Shown: positions 33,370 through 46,752, counted from the first letter of the whole stretch. The stretch is 60,986 nt of DNA, filler included, from Stramenopiles sp. TOSAG23-3 (GCA_900128585.1; 13 parts of 13 records of this genome joined end to end with filler, not necessarily neighbours in it); one strand, 5' to 3'. Notes: a model not told the origin generated them from the letters alone. Numbers and translations: made by a program.

Positions 33370-35145
33370 ATGAGAAGTTATAGTACCATAGAAGATTCCC
33401 CGAGCACTGGGTTTCGGTACAACGCAAGGCCTGGTTATGGCTCGACAGAGAGTTCCTACAACGATGATTCGGAGGCCCTGTCGTCGTACCGATCTAATTC
33501 TGCACCCAGCGACGTCGGTGGCATTTTTGTCTTGCGGCCGAAAGTTTGGCGGTACTGGTTGGCCGGCGTCCTGTCGTATGCGTTCGCCATTTGCCTGGAA
33601 AACGTTATAATTTTTCCCTCGCTTTGGCCGCGGTTGAAAACTTTCTGTGGGCCGGACTACAGCTCCGCTGAGCTGCAGTACTACCTTGGGGCAATTTTGG
33701 GCGCTTTTAGTGCAGGGCGGGCGGTGTCCGCCGTGGTGCTGAATTTAAGGGAGCATACCCAAACGAGCATGAGGATTGCAGGCTTTGTGTGTTTCCTGGT
33801 GTCTATTTCATCTTCCGTGCTTTACACGTTCGCGTGGAGCCCGATGGTTCTTATTGTGAGCCGGTCATTGGCAGGGCTGGGAGCTGGGGCGTTGACGCTT
33901 TTGATGAGCACCTTGGTCGCTGCAACGTCGGAAGAAAACCGGACCAGCTCCATCGCAAACTTTTTCATTGCGGCAGCAGTCGGGGAAATTGTTGGTCCCG
34001 TCATCGCGTTTTTGACCGTATCGCTGCAGTTCCAAGTCGGGTCCTTCACGTTCAATAGCTACAACTCTGTTGGTGTGTGGACTTTCATCGTTTTCATTTT
34101 GACGTTTCCCTGGGCCTTCCGTGGGTTTGTAGCCCCAAACCGCGTGGGAAACAAAGGCGCAGCCGCGGGCGACGGCGACGACGACGACGAATGGGGGGGG
34201 TCGCCAGAGAGAAAAGGTCGGGCTGAGGACGGTGGTGCGGAGGAGGGGCAGGGAACTGCCAGCTGCACGTCCCCCATGTTCTCGTTTGACATGGGCATCA
34301 TCTTGCTGATGGCGCTGGTCAACAATGCGGCGGTCTCCACGTGGGAAACGCTCATTGTTCCCATCGGGGACAGCAATTTTGGCTGGGACGTAGAGATCAA
34401 CAGCATTGTGTTCATAATTTCTGGCTGTTTGCTCTTTTTCAGCAACATTGTCCTGGTGAAGCTTGCGGCGTACGCCAAGTTGGATGACAATACGGGGGTC
34501 CTGTTCAGCATAATCTTCGCGTGCGGCGGTGCGCTGCTGCTTTACTACGATTCGACCTCTATCGTGGTGTTTGCGTGTGGCAACATTGCCTACCCCATTG
34601 GAATATTTTGCCTTTTGACGTTTTTATCCAGCATGTACACGAAAGCGATCGTGGCACGGCCAAACTTTTTCATCGGCCTCCTTCGCGCGTCCAGCGCTGG
34701 GATACGGGTCGTCGGGAACGGGTTGGCGGCCAAGAGCCTGACCCAGCACGTGCACAAGCAAATTTGCGACAGCGACACCAATGGGGTTGGTGGGAACGTA
34801 AATGGCACGAGAGGGGTGGACCTTTTTCAGGGTTCATCTTTCTCGACCGTGGAAGATGACAAAAGCCCCCAAGTCCTGTTGTTGGTGTTTCCGCTCATCA
34901 TGCTAGCCCTGGAAATCGTTCGGATGGTGGCACGGTCGCCGCGATGCTGCGCCTCTCATGAGCGCGAGGCCCTCGCTGAGCAGCTGCTGGAACGAGAGGA
35001 GGAGGACGACGAATTCTTGGATGGAGAGAGAAACGGCAGCATCGATTTTGCGTTAGCCCCGATGGACCAGCACGAAGCTGCCGGCCGGGAGTCTTTTGAA
35101 AAAAGACGAAAGAACATTGCAAAGTTTAACTCGGGTCGTCGATGA
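33370..35145 (+). CDS. Major facilitator superfamily transporter (MFSD8-like)
   Basis: About 12 TM segments in two bundles with a hydrophilic loop; IIFPSLWPRL, SRSLAGLGAG, VGEIVGP. Confidence 0.85.
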   Translation: MRSYSTIEDSPSTGFRYNARPGYGSTESSYNDDSEALSSYRSNSAPSDVGGIFVLRPKVWRYWLAGVLSYAFAICLENVIIFPSLWPRLKTFCGPDYSSAELQYYLGAILGAFSAGRAVSAVVLNLREHTQTSMRIAGFVCFLVSISSSVLYTFAWSPMVLIVSRSLAGLGAGALTLLMSTLVAATSEENRTSSIANFFIAAAVGEIVGPVIAFLTVSLQFQVGSFTFNSYNSVGVWTFIVFILTFPWAFRGFVAPNRVGNKGAAAGDGDDDDEWGGSPERKGRAEDGGAEEGQGTASCTSPMFSFDMGIILLMALVNNAAVSTWETLIVPIGDSNFGWDVEINSIVFIISGCLLFFSNIVLVKLAAYAKLDDNTGVLFSIIFACGGALLLYYDSTSIVVFACGNIAYPIGIFCLLTFLSSMYTKAIVARPNFFIGLLRASSAGIRVVGNGLAAKSLTQHVHKQICDSDTNGVGGNVNGTRGVDLFQGSSFSTVEDDKSPQVLLLVFPLIMLALEIVRMVARSPRCCASHEREALAEQLLEREEEDDEFLDGERNGSIDFALAPMDQHEAAGRESFEKRRKNIAKFNSGRR

Positions 35146-35449
35146 GCGGTTTAAATTGATTAGAAGTGTGAGACGATTGCTGAAAACGGCTGAGGGCTGA
35201 AGGCTTTTTTTGAAGAGGGACGTTAAATTTTAGCGGCGACAACATGTGGCTTTTAAATTTTAAAGACGTCTAAAGTCTGTACGAAGGTAAATCAGAAAAA
35301 CTTTAATAAAAGCTTTTTGTTTGATTGATATTGATAAAAGTAAAGTTCCTTCTCGTCTTATAATTTATATATTTTGGTTAACGACCCGCAAACCCACCTT
35401 ACCGATTCGGATCATGCATGGAGTACAGATGAGAATGATAATCGGTAGT

Positions 35450-35895
35450 CAAGACTAAAAGTGACAAGAGGGTATATTGATAACTTAGTAAAATCTCAGT
35501 GGAGCAGAGATAAGTTTGCAGTATATTTTGAAGGAACGTAAACGTTTAAAACGATGGATAAAAGGGGCAGATTCCCTTTCGCAGTATGTGCGATAAATTT
35601 TAATTACTTCTCGTATCATATTGAATAACAGCCAAATGTTTTGTTTTTAAATCAAGACTAAGTGACAAGGGTATCATAAAAAAAACAAATTATATAGTAG
35701 GGTATCATATGTATATTGATTACTAAAATCACAATTAGTAGAGATCATTTCGCAGTACATGAAGGAATGTAAACATCTAATGGACAAATGCTGAGTAAAT
35801 TCATTTTCGCGGTATATGAGGAAGCTAAATTTTAATTAACAGCCAATTTTCTTGTTTTTAAAATACAGAATAAATAACACAGTCAATTTTTTGTA
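35450..35895 (+). repeat. Two tandem diverged copies of the dispersed 3'-intergenic element
   Basis: aagacta(aa)agtgacaag at ~35451 and ~35654; motif A at ~35516, 35578, 35749 and 35806; motif B at ~35624 and ~35837. Confidence 0.75.
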
Positions 35896-36096
35896 TGCAT
35901 ACTTTGTACTTTTTAAAATACAAAATTGCTTTGTTCTGAACTCCCTGTTCTTAAATTAGGTTTACTGCAAAATAACTTAGTAACTTAACATTTTTTTCCG
36001 ATTTAGCGCCATCATCACACAAGCATTTGCTGGATTGCGAAAAGTCGTGTCTCATGACAACGTGATGGGAAGGAACTAGTTGAAATTCGATCAAAC

Positions 36097-36606
36097 TTAA
36101 CGTTCAATCTCCATGGCTTTTGGTGCGCCGTAAGCTTGACCAACAGTCACTTCCTGCTCATGGCTGTATTCTGGGTCGATGTCAGCCAAAGTCTTGCAGC
36201 ACGCCACTTTGCATGCTTTATTGTACGCGCAGGTTAGTCCAAGGTAGTTGACAATGCACGGAACTTCTTCTGTGCATGGGAATGCGACTCGGCTGTCGCA
36301 GAAAAAGCACTGGCTTTGAAGCTTTGCGCAAGTCTTTGGCTTTGCGCAGTAGCACTCGGATTCCAAGAAGATGCACCAGCGGTCTTCCTTTGCGGATGGC
36401 TTGCATGCCATGGATCGTCCACCGAGGCAAAGCAAGTCACCTTCTGAGTTGCACCCCCAGCAGTTCTTCATGTCGCAGTACAAAGACGTCAGACCGCAGC
36501 AGCATCCGCTAATAACACGAAGGTCGCCAATGTCGATGGCATCAGCGTCACGCTGGCCTTTGACGGTCTCTTGCTCGACCACTACAGTTACTTCACCAGT
36601 TGCCAT
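36097..36606 (-). CDS. Small cysteine-rich protein of unknown function
   Basis: 169-aa ORF with coding-like GC content, 20 Cys and no signal peptide. Confidence 0.75.
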   Translation of the reverse strand: MATGEVTVVVEQETVKGQRDADAIDIGDLRVISGCCCGLTSLYCDMKNCWGCNSEGDLLCLGGRSMACKPSAKEDRWCIFLESECYCAKPKTCAKLQSQCFFCDSRVAFPCTEEVPCIVNYLGLTCAYNKACKVACCKTLADIDPEYSHEQEVTVGQAYGAPKAMEIER

Positions 36607-38482
36607 GTTTGATTTGTGTGTATGTGTGTGTGTTTAAAGTATTGGATAGGATGTTCCGTTTGTAGGTTTTGTTATCTTCTTCAGTATTTCTACTTTGCAA
36701 TTGGAATCCTTTCCGTTCTTATTACGTTTCAATCCATTCAATCCTCTTAAAGTGGAACGGAATGTTCCTTGCGACATGTTCCGCCGGAATGAAACGATCC
36801 AAATGAACAATTAACATCGACATAGTATATAACAAAGGAATCTTGGATGGAAGGAGCAAATAAGAAATAAGTTGGAGGGGTCTATTTGTTATAGTAAGGA
36901 TATATATGTATATTTCATGTGATAATAATTTAATAATATTATCGTATGATTGTAATCAATTGAAGGATCTCTCAAAAATAAATAGTACCTTAAATGGATA
37001 AACATTCGTTGGTTTAAAATTTTATGACCAGAGAATTCTATTAAGAATGTAACTTCCATAATTAATATATCTGTCTTTCCCTTGTTGTACACTCTTTTGA
37101 TTTATTATTTGACAATTTGTTCATCAACTATTCTAATTTCAGTATTTAATGTAAACATTTGATATTTGACTGGTGGATCGGATCGTTCTCAATAATTTAA
37201 TTCTTTCATTTTGTTTTGTTTCTTCTTTGTTATTTACCTGTTAGGAAAAGAAGAAAGAGCTTTTCATTTTAATTAAAAAAACTATGAAAATTTCATTAAA
37301 ATTTCATTAAATTTTTTTTTTTTTTTTAAAAAAGAAAAAAACTATATTTTTATTCATATTTTATTAACAGGTACACAGCTTTGTACAATTCATATTACAT
37401 ATGTATACTATCAATACTAATTGTATACTATATACTTTAGTATATAAATAAGATGAAAAATATGAATGAGTTATAAGATGAGTTCTCAAAATTCTTACGA
37501 ATTTAAACAGTATTACTATAGATCCAATAGAGGAGATTAAAAAATAGAATTAATTTAAAGAGGANNNNNNNNNNNNNNNNNNNNNNNNNNNNNNNNNNNN
37601 NNNNNNNNTTAATTAATTAANNNNNNNNNNNNNNNNNNNNNNNNNNNNNNNNNNNNNNNNNNNNAGCTTTTCAACACTGTGGTAATTTGTAAGATGTATT
37701 TAAATAAATTAATATAGAAATAATGTATAATTGTATATATGTATAAAAAAGTTCAAAATAAATAAAAAAGTAGTTCAAAAAAATCAATACAAGCACACAA
37801 CCCAGTTAATACAAATATCAATACAGCAAGTGTTTAGACCAATTTAATGGATTTAAACTGGGTCCTAATGGTATGATGCTTTAAGACAAAACGCAACGCA
37901 TATAAGCCTAACCTACCTGCCGACTAACTATAATATATATTTCCAGCCCTCTTCAATATACTCCTAACTCATAATACTATAGAATTTAAGAGGGAATCAA
38001 GTTGGTTAAAGTAGTACTGTAGTAGCAGTAAGAAACAAATAGGAAATAAGAAGAATAATGATGATGAGAAATATTTTTTTTTTTAAATTAAAAAAAAAAC
38101 AGAACAGAAAAACAAACCACCAACGACATCAACACAGCATTTACATCGTCGTCGTCATCATCTTCATTTTTTTTTTACTTTTTCTTTCTTCTTTTCTTCT
38201 CCCAAGTCATTCCATTTCCATTTCATAGCGAACAAGTATTTTAAAATAGATTCATCACGGTGCTTCAATAAGAAGGATCGTTGTATAGTTAAAGCATAAG
38301 AGTTTCCCTCGTTGCCAGTCCTAACTCTGAAACTGAAATAGGAAGACACGGCTGAACCGGCTGAGCTTGAAAATACAGGGAACACACTTTGCAGGTGCAC
38401 TCGCCACAACTATTGCTCGTAGAATACAGAAGACAATAGCCTTGCAGACGACGTCTTTGTAGCAACCGGCTCATCAGGTAAT

Positions 38483-41400
38483 ATGTTTTCTCCCCAATCA
38501 AATTCTGCTCCTGCATTTACCGGAACCGGAGGTGGAGAGCGCAAGCAGGACCGTGCCGATATGCGTGAGAAGTGGATAATCGGCGTTATTTATGATTATT
38601 TTCGGGGGACGGTGAAAGTCGACAAGTTGAACAAGTATTTGTCCAGCGACGACTGCTTGTCCACCGTTCGCGACTTCATGGACGTCCCCGACGAGCGCTT
38701 CGTCTGCCTAAAGGAGTCAGGGACAGCGGTGCAAATTGCACGGAAGCCCCCGAACAATGTCAAAGGGCGAATTTTGTATTTGTTGAAACCCAAGTCGCAG
38801 GCCTTGCCGGGCCGCGACTTCGAGCGGCTGGTGCTCGTCGGGGACTTGACGGCGGACAGTCTTCTCCACTTGAACGAAGTGGCACAGTACGTGTACATGC
38901 CCCTTCTCTCCAACCCTAACAACCAGCGGGCGTGGAGTGAGCTAGTATCAAAGGACATCATGGACAACCTCCACACGTTTTTAGCAAATATTCAAATTGA
39001 GATTGGGCGCACAAAGGGGCAAACCATTTTGCCGTTGCCCTCCGACGAGGACCTGGACGAAAAGCCGATAACGACGAACAAGGAACGCATCCATGTCTTG
39101 GAGGGGTGCTTGATCACGTGGACAAAGCAGATAAAGAAAGTGCTGCGCCGCGACCCAGAAGATATGCTGAAGCAAAGTGCCAACCCCGGCCCGCTTGCAG
39201 AACTTGATTTTTGGAAAGCGAAAAGCGCCGATTTAGACTCGATATTCGAGCAGCTCCAGGGGTTGAAAGTCAGGAAATTGTTAAAATTTTTAGACGGGGC
39301 AAAGAGCACGTACAACATGCCTTTCGCCAAATTGTGCAAGGAAGTGTTCCAGGCGCGGACAGAGGCCAACGACAACTTGTTGTTCCTTAAGCCGCTGAGG
39401 CCATGGTTCGAGCAAAACCGCGACGTGGACTTTAGCAATTTACCATCTGTATTTCGCCCGATTATGCACTTGATCCTTCTGGTATGGAAGAATTCGCGCT
39501 TCTACAACACGCCGTCGCGCTTGGTTGTCCTGATGCGCGAAATATGCAATTCCCTGATCGCAAAAGCCACGGCCTACATCAACGGGGAGATGGTGTTTGA
39601 AATGATCGAGAATGAAGAGGCAAACCGAGCGGTTTCGATGCTGAAAACCACGTTGCGAGTGTGTGGGAATTTCAAAAGCGCTTACTTTGATTACAAGGCC
39701 AAGGCAAACAGCGAATGCCCCACCAACCCGTGGAGAATTCAAAACAATGCCCTGTTCGTTCGCTTGGACAGTTTTCTGGAACGGTGCCACGATACCCTAG
39801 ACTTGACCCAAACCATTGTTCAGTTCTTCAAGCTCGGAAAACTTGAAGTGGGCGGAACGAAGGGGAAAACGTTGACAACGAGCGTTCAGCAAATCTTCAC
39901 GGACTTCGAAAAAGCAGTTCAGGCCTTTAAAGCGGTGCAGTACGACATAATGGACGTCGACGCAAAGAACTTCGACGACGACTTTTATGAATTTCGTGTC
40001 CGGATTAAAGAGCTTGAGAGAAGGCTAGCGTCCGTGCTCAGCCAAGGCTTTGACGACTGCGTCACAGTAATCGGAAAGTTCAAATTGCTGGACAGCTTCG
40101 AAGGGCTACTGAATCGCCCGATTCTTGCAGACGAGCTGGAGAAAAAACATTCCACCCTGATCGGCTCGTACAATGACGACTTGCGGGAGATGCAGCAGCT
40201 GTTCATTGATGCCAAAGACGCGCCCCCAATCCCGAGCAACATGCCGAAGATATCTGGGGCCTTGCAATGGTGTCGTGGGCTCCTGGAGAGAATAAAGCTT
40301 CCAATGGAAAAGCTGAAGGACCTCGATCGTTCGGTTTTGGACAGGGAGGAAGCGAAAGAGGTCGTGAAAACTTACACGTCCCTGGTCGCCAGCCTTGGAG
40401 AATACGAACATTTGAAAATAGAGCAGTGGGGAGAAGAAATAGAGCAGTCGTCTCAAGCTAAGTTGAAATTGCCGTTGCTCCGGCGAAAAGACGGGTCCCA
40501 CGAGCTGGTGGTCAACTTTGACCCAAAGCTAGTGGAGCTTCTTCGGGAAGTGAAGTATTTTCTGCTGTTGGGGTTGAGTGTACCAAGCAGTGCCCTGAAC
40601 ATTTACAAAAAGGCAGAAATATTTCGGCGACAGACTGGGAACTTGGAGCTCATCGTAAACATGTACAACAACGTGCTGACTAGTTTGCTCCCCGTAGAGG
40701 CCCCACTGATGAAAGGAGATTTAGACAAGATAGACAAAGCATTACAACAAGGAGTCAAGAATATTAATTGGAAAAGCCACGGGATTGATTACTTTCTCAC
40801 GGAATGTATGGGCAGCGCAAAGAACCTGGATGGCATGCTATCTGTCATGAAGACGAGTCTGAAGCGTGTCGACGAGCTGACAGAAGAGTGGCAATCAGAG
40901 CCGCTCTTCCAGCGCCGTCACAAGCCCATTTCAACGGAAGAAAACGAACAAGCGTTCAAGCAGGGCTTGAAAACCAGGTGCAACTTAATCTCGTCGGGTG
41001 GCAAAGAAATCCACAAACTGCTGAAGAACATGAACAAAAAGTTGCGAGTAAGCCCAGGACTTCCCGATTGGAAATCATACCAAGACTTCATTAATAACGT
41101 GATTATAGCGGGCCTGAGCAAGGTTGTCGAAGCTTCTTTGGGCTATTTGAACCAGCAATTGGACGCGGAGGTGATAAAGGCCGAAGACAAGTTACCTATT
41201 CTCGAAATTGAAATGGAGCTTTACGGTAAAGACGTCGTTTTTGTTCCCGCGGTAGGACCTGGACAGGATGGCAACCTAGGCCAGGGGGGTGGCATCCGAA
41301 GCATAGTAGGCGGCTGGATCGAGGGATTCTTGGCCATCACCCGCTTGTTTAAACGCTTCGACTCTGTCGACGGTACGTTTGGAAAAGAGCTTCTCGATAA

Positions 41401-42251
41401 CCCCTACATTCAAATTCTTATTGGTACCATAAACGAGAATCTTTTGAAGAATGAAGCCAGCTGCGAAGATTATAGAAAGGTGTATGTTGAGTTTGAATAT
41501 TTATGGTGCACCGATTTGAGCAAGTATTTCAAGGCGTTTTTAGAGGACGCCTGGTTGGAAAACAGAGACGATGAAGGGAATGTTGTTGGGAAGCGTCGAT
41601 TAAATCTCGACAAGTTTGACGAAGAGATAAAGCGATTCAGAGTTGTCCAGCAAGACATTGGCGCCTTGGCTAGCTCCACCGACATCGATTTTCTCCGCGT
41701 TAATTCGCAACCTATTCAACAAGCGATGTCAACATGGGTAACGAAGTGGGTGTACATGTTCACTTCTTATTTACAGGACCATTTGACGGAAAAGCTTGCG
41801 GGCATAAAAGCTTTCATGGACCGTATATACGATGGTTTAATAGAACCAATACGATCGGACAACCAGGACAGCTTGATGGCCGCCATGACCCACATAAGGG
41901 ATGTGCGGAAAGCCATGACGGACACACAAGAGTCGTTTGGGCCCATGCGCGAGTGCATGGCATTGATGAAACGGCACGGCATCGACATGTCAACCGTGAT
42001 AATAGGAGACGAAGAATTAGGCGATGAAATTAATGCCGTAGAATTGTTGGAAGCGCTTCCCATGCTGTGGGACAAAACGGTTAACTTGGCGTTTAAGAAG
42101 AAGGAAGAGATTCAACCAATTCAGAATTCAATGGCAGAAAGCATCTCGAAAGATGTAGCAAATTTTGCCAACAAAGTCAATCGGTTCCGGATGAATTTCA
42201 GGACTAACGCCCCATTTTCATATACCGGCCCGAGTTCAGAAGCATACAAAA
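38483..42251 (+). CDS. Axonemal (outer-arm-type) dynein heavy chain, N-terminal tail, 3'-truncated
   Basis: DHC_N1 motifs GRTKGQTILPLP, IHVLEGCLITWTKQIK, PGPLAELDFWK, FYNTPSRLVVLMREICN, KLEVGGTKGK, VNFDPKLVELLREVKY. Confidence 0.93.
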
Positions 42252-42561
42252 NNNNNNNNNNNNNNNNNNNNNNNNNNNNNNNNNNNNNNNNNNNNTTAAT
42301 TAATTAANNNNNNNNNNNNNNNNNNNNNNNNNNNNNNNNNNNNNNNNNNNNAAAGTGTCATGATGAGATATGGAAGAAACGGTGGTGAAGATGAGTTAGA
42401 GATAGACCGTGTGTGCGCTTCGTACCATAGGTATTTTTGAATTTGTTATACGAGCTAATTCATCGCAGAGGAAGAGTTAACGTTTAAATAAAAGAAAGAA
42501 GCAGACTTTCAGGCATTTATTCAAGGACAAATTGTTCAATTCCAAAACGACAAAAACAACA

Positions 42562-45033
42562 ATGTACGTAGTCAAACGTGACGGTAGAAAAGAACCCGTG
42601 CAGTTCGATAAGATCACTGCGCGGATTGAAAAACTTTGCTACGGCTTGGACGAGAACTTCATCGAGCCAATCTTGATTGCACAAAAAGTAGTGAAAGAGG
42701 TGTACAATGGAGTCACCACCTCCGAACTTGATGAACTTGCAGCGGAGACGGCCGCATACAAGTCGACCCAGCACCCGGACTTTTCGAAGTTGGCTGCCCG
42801 CATCAGCATGTCTAACTTGCACAAAAGCACCAGCGACAGCTTCATGGGGACCGTCGAAAAGTTGCACAAGTACGTTCACCCACGAACGGGTCTGAGCGCA
42901 CCGCTCGTATCTGATGAAGTGTACAACATCATCAAGGCGAACATCACGGAACTTGAGGCCACAATCGACTACAAGCGCGACTTCGGGTACGACTACTTCG
43001 GGTTCAAAACCTTGGAGAGGGCCTACCTTTTGAAGATCAACGGCCAGATCGTCGAGCGCCCGCAGCACATGCTCATGCGCGTTTCCATCGGTATCCACAA
43101 AGCGGACATCGAGCGAGCGATCGAGACCTACAACTTGATGAGCAACATGTACTTCACTCACGCCACGCCGACCCTCTTCAACGCCGGGACCCCACGCCCG
43201 CAGCTCGCCTCGTGCTTCTTGCTGACCATGAAGGACGACAGCATCGAAGGGATCTACGACACCTTGAAGTCCTGCGCCTGCATCAGCAAGTACGCCGGGG
43301 GCATCGGTCTATCCATCCACGGCATTCGCTCCCAAGGCAGCTACATTCGGGGCACCAACGGTTCCAGCAACGGCATCATCCCCATGCTGCGCGTCTTCAA
43401 CGACACCGCACGGTACGTCGACCAAGGCGGAGGCAAGCGCAAGGGCTCGTTCGCCATGTACCTTGAGCCGTGGCACGCGGACGTTTTTGAGTTCTTGGAT
43501 TTGAAGAAAAACCACGGTGACGAGAACGCCCGCGCCCGCGACCTGTTCTACGCGATGTGGATCCCAGACCTTTTCATGAAGCGCGTACAGTCCGACGGGC
43601 AGTGGACCTTGTTCTGTCCCAACGTGGCCCGTAACCTGCACGAAACCTGGGGCGAGGAGTTCGAAACCTTGTACGCCAAGTACGAGGCAGAGGGCAAAGG
43701 GTTCAAGACCATCCGCGCCCAGGAATTGTGGTTCAAAATCCTTGAAAGTCAAGTAGAAACCGGAACACCGTACATGCTCTACAAGGACTCTTGCAACCGC
43801 AAAAGCAACCAGCAAAACTTGGGAACTATTAAATCGAGTAACTTGTGCACGGAGATCATCCAGTACACTGCCCCGGACGAGATTGCCGTTTGCAACTTGG
43901 CGTCCATCTGCTTGCCAAAGTTCGTGGACACCAGCGGCGACAAGCCAGTGTACAACCACAAGGCACTGTTCGATGTTGTTAAAACCGTGACCGTCAACTT
44001 GAACCGTGTCATCGACGTCAACTACTACCCAGTGGAGGAGGCTCGCTACTCCAATATGCGCCACCGCCCAATTGGGCTGGGCGTCCAAGGGCTTGCCGAC
44101 GCGTTCATTTTGATGCGCTTTCCATTCGAAAGCGAAGAGGCCCGACAATTGAACAAGGAGATATTCGAAACCATGTACTTCGCCGCGATGACCGCGTCTT
44201 GCGAGGAGGCCGAACGCTTCGGACACTACGAGACCTACCCAGGCTGTCCAGTCTCCAAAGGCATCTTCCAACCGGACATGTGGAACGTTACCCCAACGGA
44301 CCGATGGGACTGGGCGGAACTTCGCGCCAATGTCGCCAAGCACGGCGTACGCAACTCGTTGCTCGTCGCGCCAATGCCGACGGCCTCGACCTCACAAATT
44401 ATGGGAAACAACGAATGCTTCGAACCATACACGACCAACATGTACAACAGACGTGTGCTTGCAGGAGAGTTTACGTGCGTCAACAAGCACTTGTTGCGTG
44501 ACTTGATCGCGTTGAACATCTGGACCCCAAGCGTGCGCAACCAGATCATTGCCGATGGAGGATCTGTTCAAAACGTTAAGGGCCTTCCCAAGCAGTACAA
44601 AGATCTGTACAAGACCGTCTGGGAAATCAGCCAAAAGACTATCCTTACCATGGCCGCAGACCGTGGTGCATTCATCGACCAAAGTCAAAGTTTGAACGTG
44701 CACATCGCCGCCCCCTCCACCGGAAAGTTGACCTCAATGCACTTTTACGCCTGGAAGAAGGGTCTTAAAACCGGTATGTACTACTTGCGCACTCGTCCCA
44801 AGGCCGATGCCATCCAGTTCACTGTTGACCAAACGCAATTGGCTGAAACTCGCAAGACCACCACCGCAGACAAAGAGAACCAGTCCCAAGAGAGCAAACG
44901 GGCCGCTATGTTGGGCGCCTGGAACAAAGTTGATACCACGAAAAACATGACCTTCAAGAAGGCTGACCGTGCGAAGAATGCCGCCGCAGCAGAAGAGGAA
45001 GACTCCGAAATTTGCTTGTCGTGCGGAAGTTAA
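42562..45033 (+). CDS. RRM1: Ribonucleoside-diphosphate reductase large subunit (class Ia)
   Basis: ATP-cone [58 protein letters not shown]-terminal CLSCGS. Confidence 0.98.
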   Translation: MYVVKRDGRKEPVQFDKITARIEKLCYGLDENFIEPILIAQKVVKEVYNGVTTSELDELAAETAAYKSTQHPDFSKLAARISMSNLHKSTSDSFMGTVEKLHKYVHPRTGLSAPLVSDEVYNIIKANITELEATIDYKRDFGYDYFGFKTLERAYLLKINGQIVERPQHMLMRVSIGIHKADIERAIETYNLMSNMYFTHATPTLFNAGTPRPQLASCFLLTMKDDSIEGIYDTLKSCACISKYAGGIGLSIHGIRSQGSYIRGTNGSSNGIIPMLRVFNDTARYVDQGGGKRKGSFAMYLEPWHADVFEFLDLKKNHGDENARARDLFYAMWIPDLFMKRVQSDGQWTLFCPNVARNLHETWGEEFETLYAKYEAEGKGFKTIRAQELWFKILESQVETGTPYMLYKDSCNRKSNQQNLGTIKSSNLCTEIIQYTAPDEIAVCNLASICLPKFVDTSGDKPVYNHKALFDVVKTVTVNLNRVIDVNYYPVEEARYSNMRHRPIGLGVQGLADAFILMRFPFESEEARQLNKEIFETMYFAAMTASCEEAERFGHYETYPGCPVSKGIFQPDMWNVTPTDRWDWAELRANVAKHGVRNSLLVAPMPTASTSQIMGNNECFEPYTTNMYNRRVLAGEFTCVNKHLLRDLIALNIWTPSVRNQIIADGGSVQNVKGLPKQYKDLYKTVWEISQKTILTMAADRGAFIDQSQSLNVHIAAPSTGKLTSMHFYAWKKGLKTGMYYLRTRPKADAIQFTVDQTQLAETRKTTTADKENQSQESKRAAMLGAWNKVDTTKNMTFKKADRAKNAAAAEEEDSEICLSCGS

Positions 45034-45558
45034 GCGGCGTCCAAGTGGTCATGCTGGGTTGCAACAAAAACTGAAGCCAGCATTGCAACAATGGCTCGCC
45101 GCCTTCGGCGGTGGGCCATCAAACAAGGCGCCAGCGTCTTTACTGACAAGATCCTCTCGTGTGGTGTTAAACGCCCTTACACAGAGTATTTTCTTTCTTA
45201 TTGCACGCCGCATGATTGTGTTGCGTACGAAGCGTAAATGGAAGCAAAAAAACAAACAAAATGTAGAGCCCGAGCGCCGAGAGCCCAATTTTGTTTTGTC
45301 TTTTATCGTAAAAAGAAAAAGAGAGAAGTAAATTAAAATACTTTCTACCGCCTCTATGTACAAAAACAATTCTACAGATTACCTCGTAACACAATATACT
45401 TTACACACGCACGTTCATAAAATGCCCTCGACTGGCGCCCTGGCTTCTTTTCCAATCCAACAGAAAATGTGTTGTTTGCGTCGGTCGTATTAAAAAATTG
45501 CATTCGTGTAAACCTGCCAGCTTCAGCAACGAGTTGTTTTAGCGTGAACCCCTGTGTA

Positions 45559-46467
45559 CTAGCCTATCACGGTACAGAGCTGCCTGCTCAACGCCAAAAG
45601 CTTTCCAGACCTGTCGAACACTTCCCCGTTTGTGGAAGACAGCCCATTTTGCAAGTATTCATTAAAAAAACGCACTTGGACCACACCGTCTGCAGTTGTC
45701 GGTCTAGAGTAAAAATGTACGGTCAGCTCGATTGTTGGGACCCATCTAGTTTCGACTGAATTCAACAGGGCGGGGGGGAAGCAGTCCGTAAAAAGAGCAA
45801 CCGCCCGCAGAGAGGTTGGGCAGCCGTCTACTAAAGACCCGTAGCCTTCCAGGAGTGGCTCGCCACCCGATTTTCCGCGCGCAAATTTTTTTAAAAATGG
45901 TGCGTTTTGAGGCACATGAAGTGCAATACGTTGTGGTAATGTGCCAAAAGAATTTGCCCGTTCGCAGAGGTTCACAGGACACTCGCTGAGCGGCGGCAAA
46001 TCCAACGGATCGCGCGCTTTCACAAACGATGGCCCACTCTGTGAGTCCAAATCCCCAAATGTAGCCAGCAAAGATATTCTTTGTACACCAGATTGATTGA
46101 GAGACGCACGCACTGTCGAATACGATCTCCCCCGTTTGATCACCTCCACTGGGATATCTACGTTTTCGCCGGGCTTCGATTTTCCAAGGAAATGCGCGGT
46201 TAAGGTGAGCGGGTCTCGATGTGTGGTCTCCACCAGAGCATCTCGCATCGCGTTTATACCCATTGCAATCAGCATCCCACCGTTCGGAGCGTCCCCGATG
46301 CTCCACTGATCACTTAACGGGTTGACCGATTGGTAGATACCGGAAGCCCCAGTAGTTCTCACAGCAGTGTCATTTTCAAACTGGAATGTGCTGGAAAAAC
46401 GCCTCCTACGATGCGGGCAACCAACGGTTCGAGCCAGGGGCCTCGCAACAACCCACCTGCAGTGCAT
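45559..46467 (-). CDS. Double-hotdog acyl-CoA thioesterase family protein, possibly mitochondrial
   Basis: WSIGDAPNGG, VEVIKRGRSYST, DCFPPA...WVPTIELTVHF, GEVFDRSGKLLALSRQL; Arg-rich N-terminus. Confidence 0.8.
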   Translation of the reverse strand: MHCRWVVARPLARTVGCPHRRRRFSSTFQFENDTAVRTTGASGIYQSVNPLSDQWSIGDAPNGGMLIAMGINAMRDALVETTHRDPLTLTAHFLGKSKPGENVDIPVEVIKRGRSYSTVRASLNQSGVQRISLLATFGDLDSQSGPSFVKARDPLDLPPLSECPVNLCERANSFGTLPQRIALHVPQNAPFLKKFARGKSGGEPLLEGYGSLVDGCPTSLRAVALFTDCFPPALLNSVETRWVPTIELTVHFYSRPTTADGVVQVRFFNEYLQNGLSSTNGEVFDRSGKLLALSRQLCTVIG

Positions 46468-46752
46468 AACTATTCTCAATGCAAATTTTGAACGATTCGT
46501 GTATTTTCCAAAGCTAGCAATTTTTCTACTAAGATGTTTAGTGGGACAACGTAGGTACCGGTCACAAACCGCATAAGATATTTGTACTTTTCACAACAAT
46601 CGGTGTGTGGAGGAAAGTTGGAAAAAAAATAGGAAATATAAGTACAGCAACACACCATTAGGATGATTTTTAACTAATACATAGAAATAGCATAGTAGAA
46701 GTGTTTTTTTATTATTTCACAAAAAATGGTTTCGATTAGTTTCACTATACCA

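Noticed and set aside
24023-42251. Ciliary gene cluster (PDE6D, IQ-motif protein, dynein)
   Set aside because: Each gene is on a different contig; the proximity comes from length sorting.
42517-44343. Long antisense ORFs (214 and 344 aa) over RRM1
   Set aside because: Explained by the strong C-ending codon bias of RRM1.
21289-45033. Prophage or giant-virus region suggested by lysozyme plus ribonucleotide reductase
   Set aside because: The genes are on separate unlinked contigs, RRM1 looks like the ordinary eukaryotic enzyme with ATP cone and C-terminal CxxC, and no capsid, terminase or integrase is seen.
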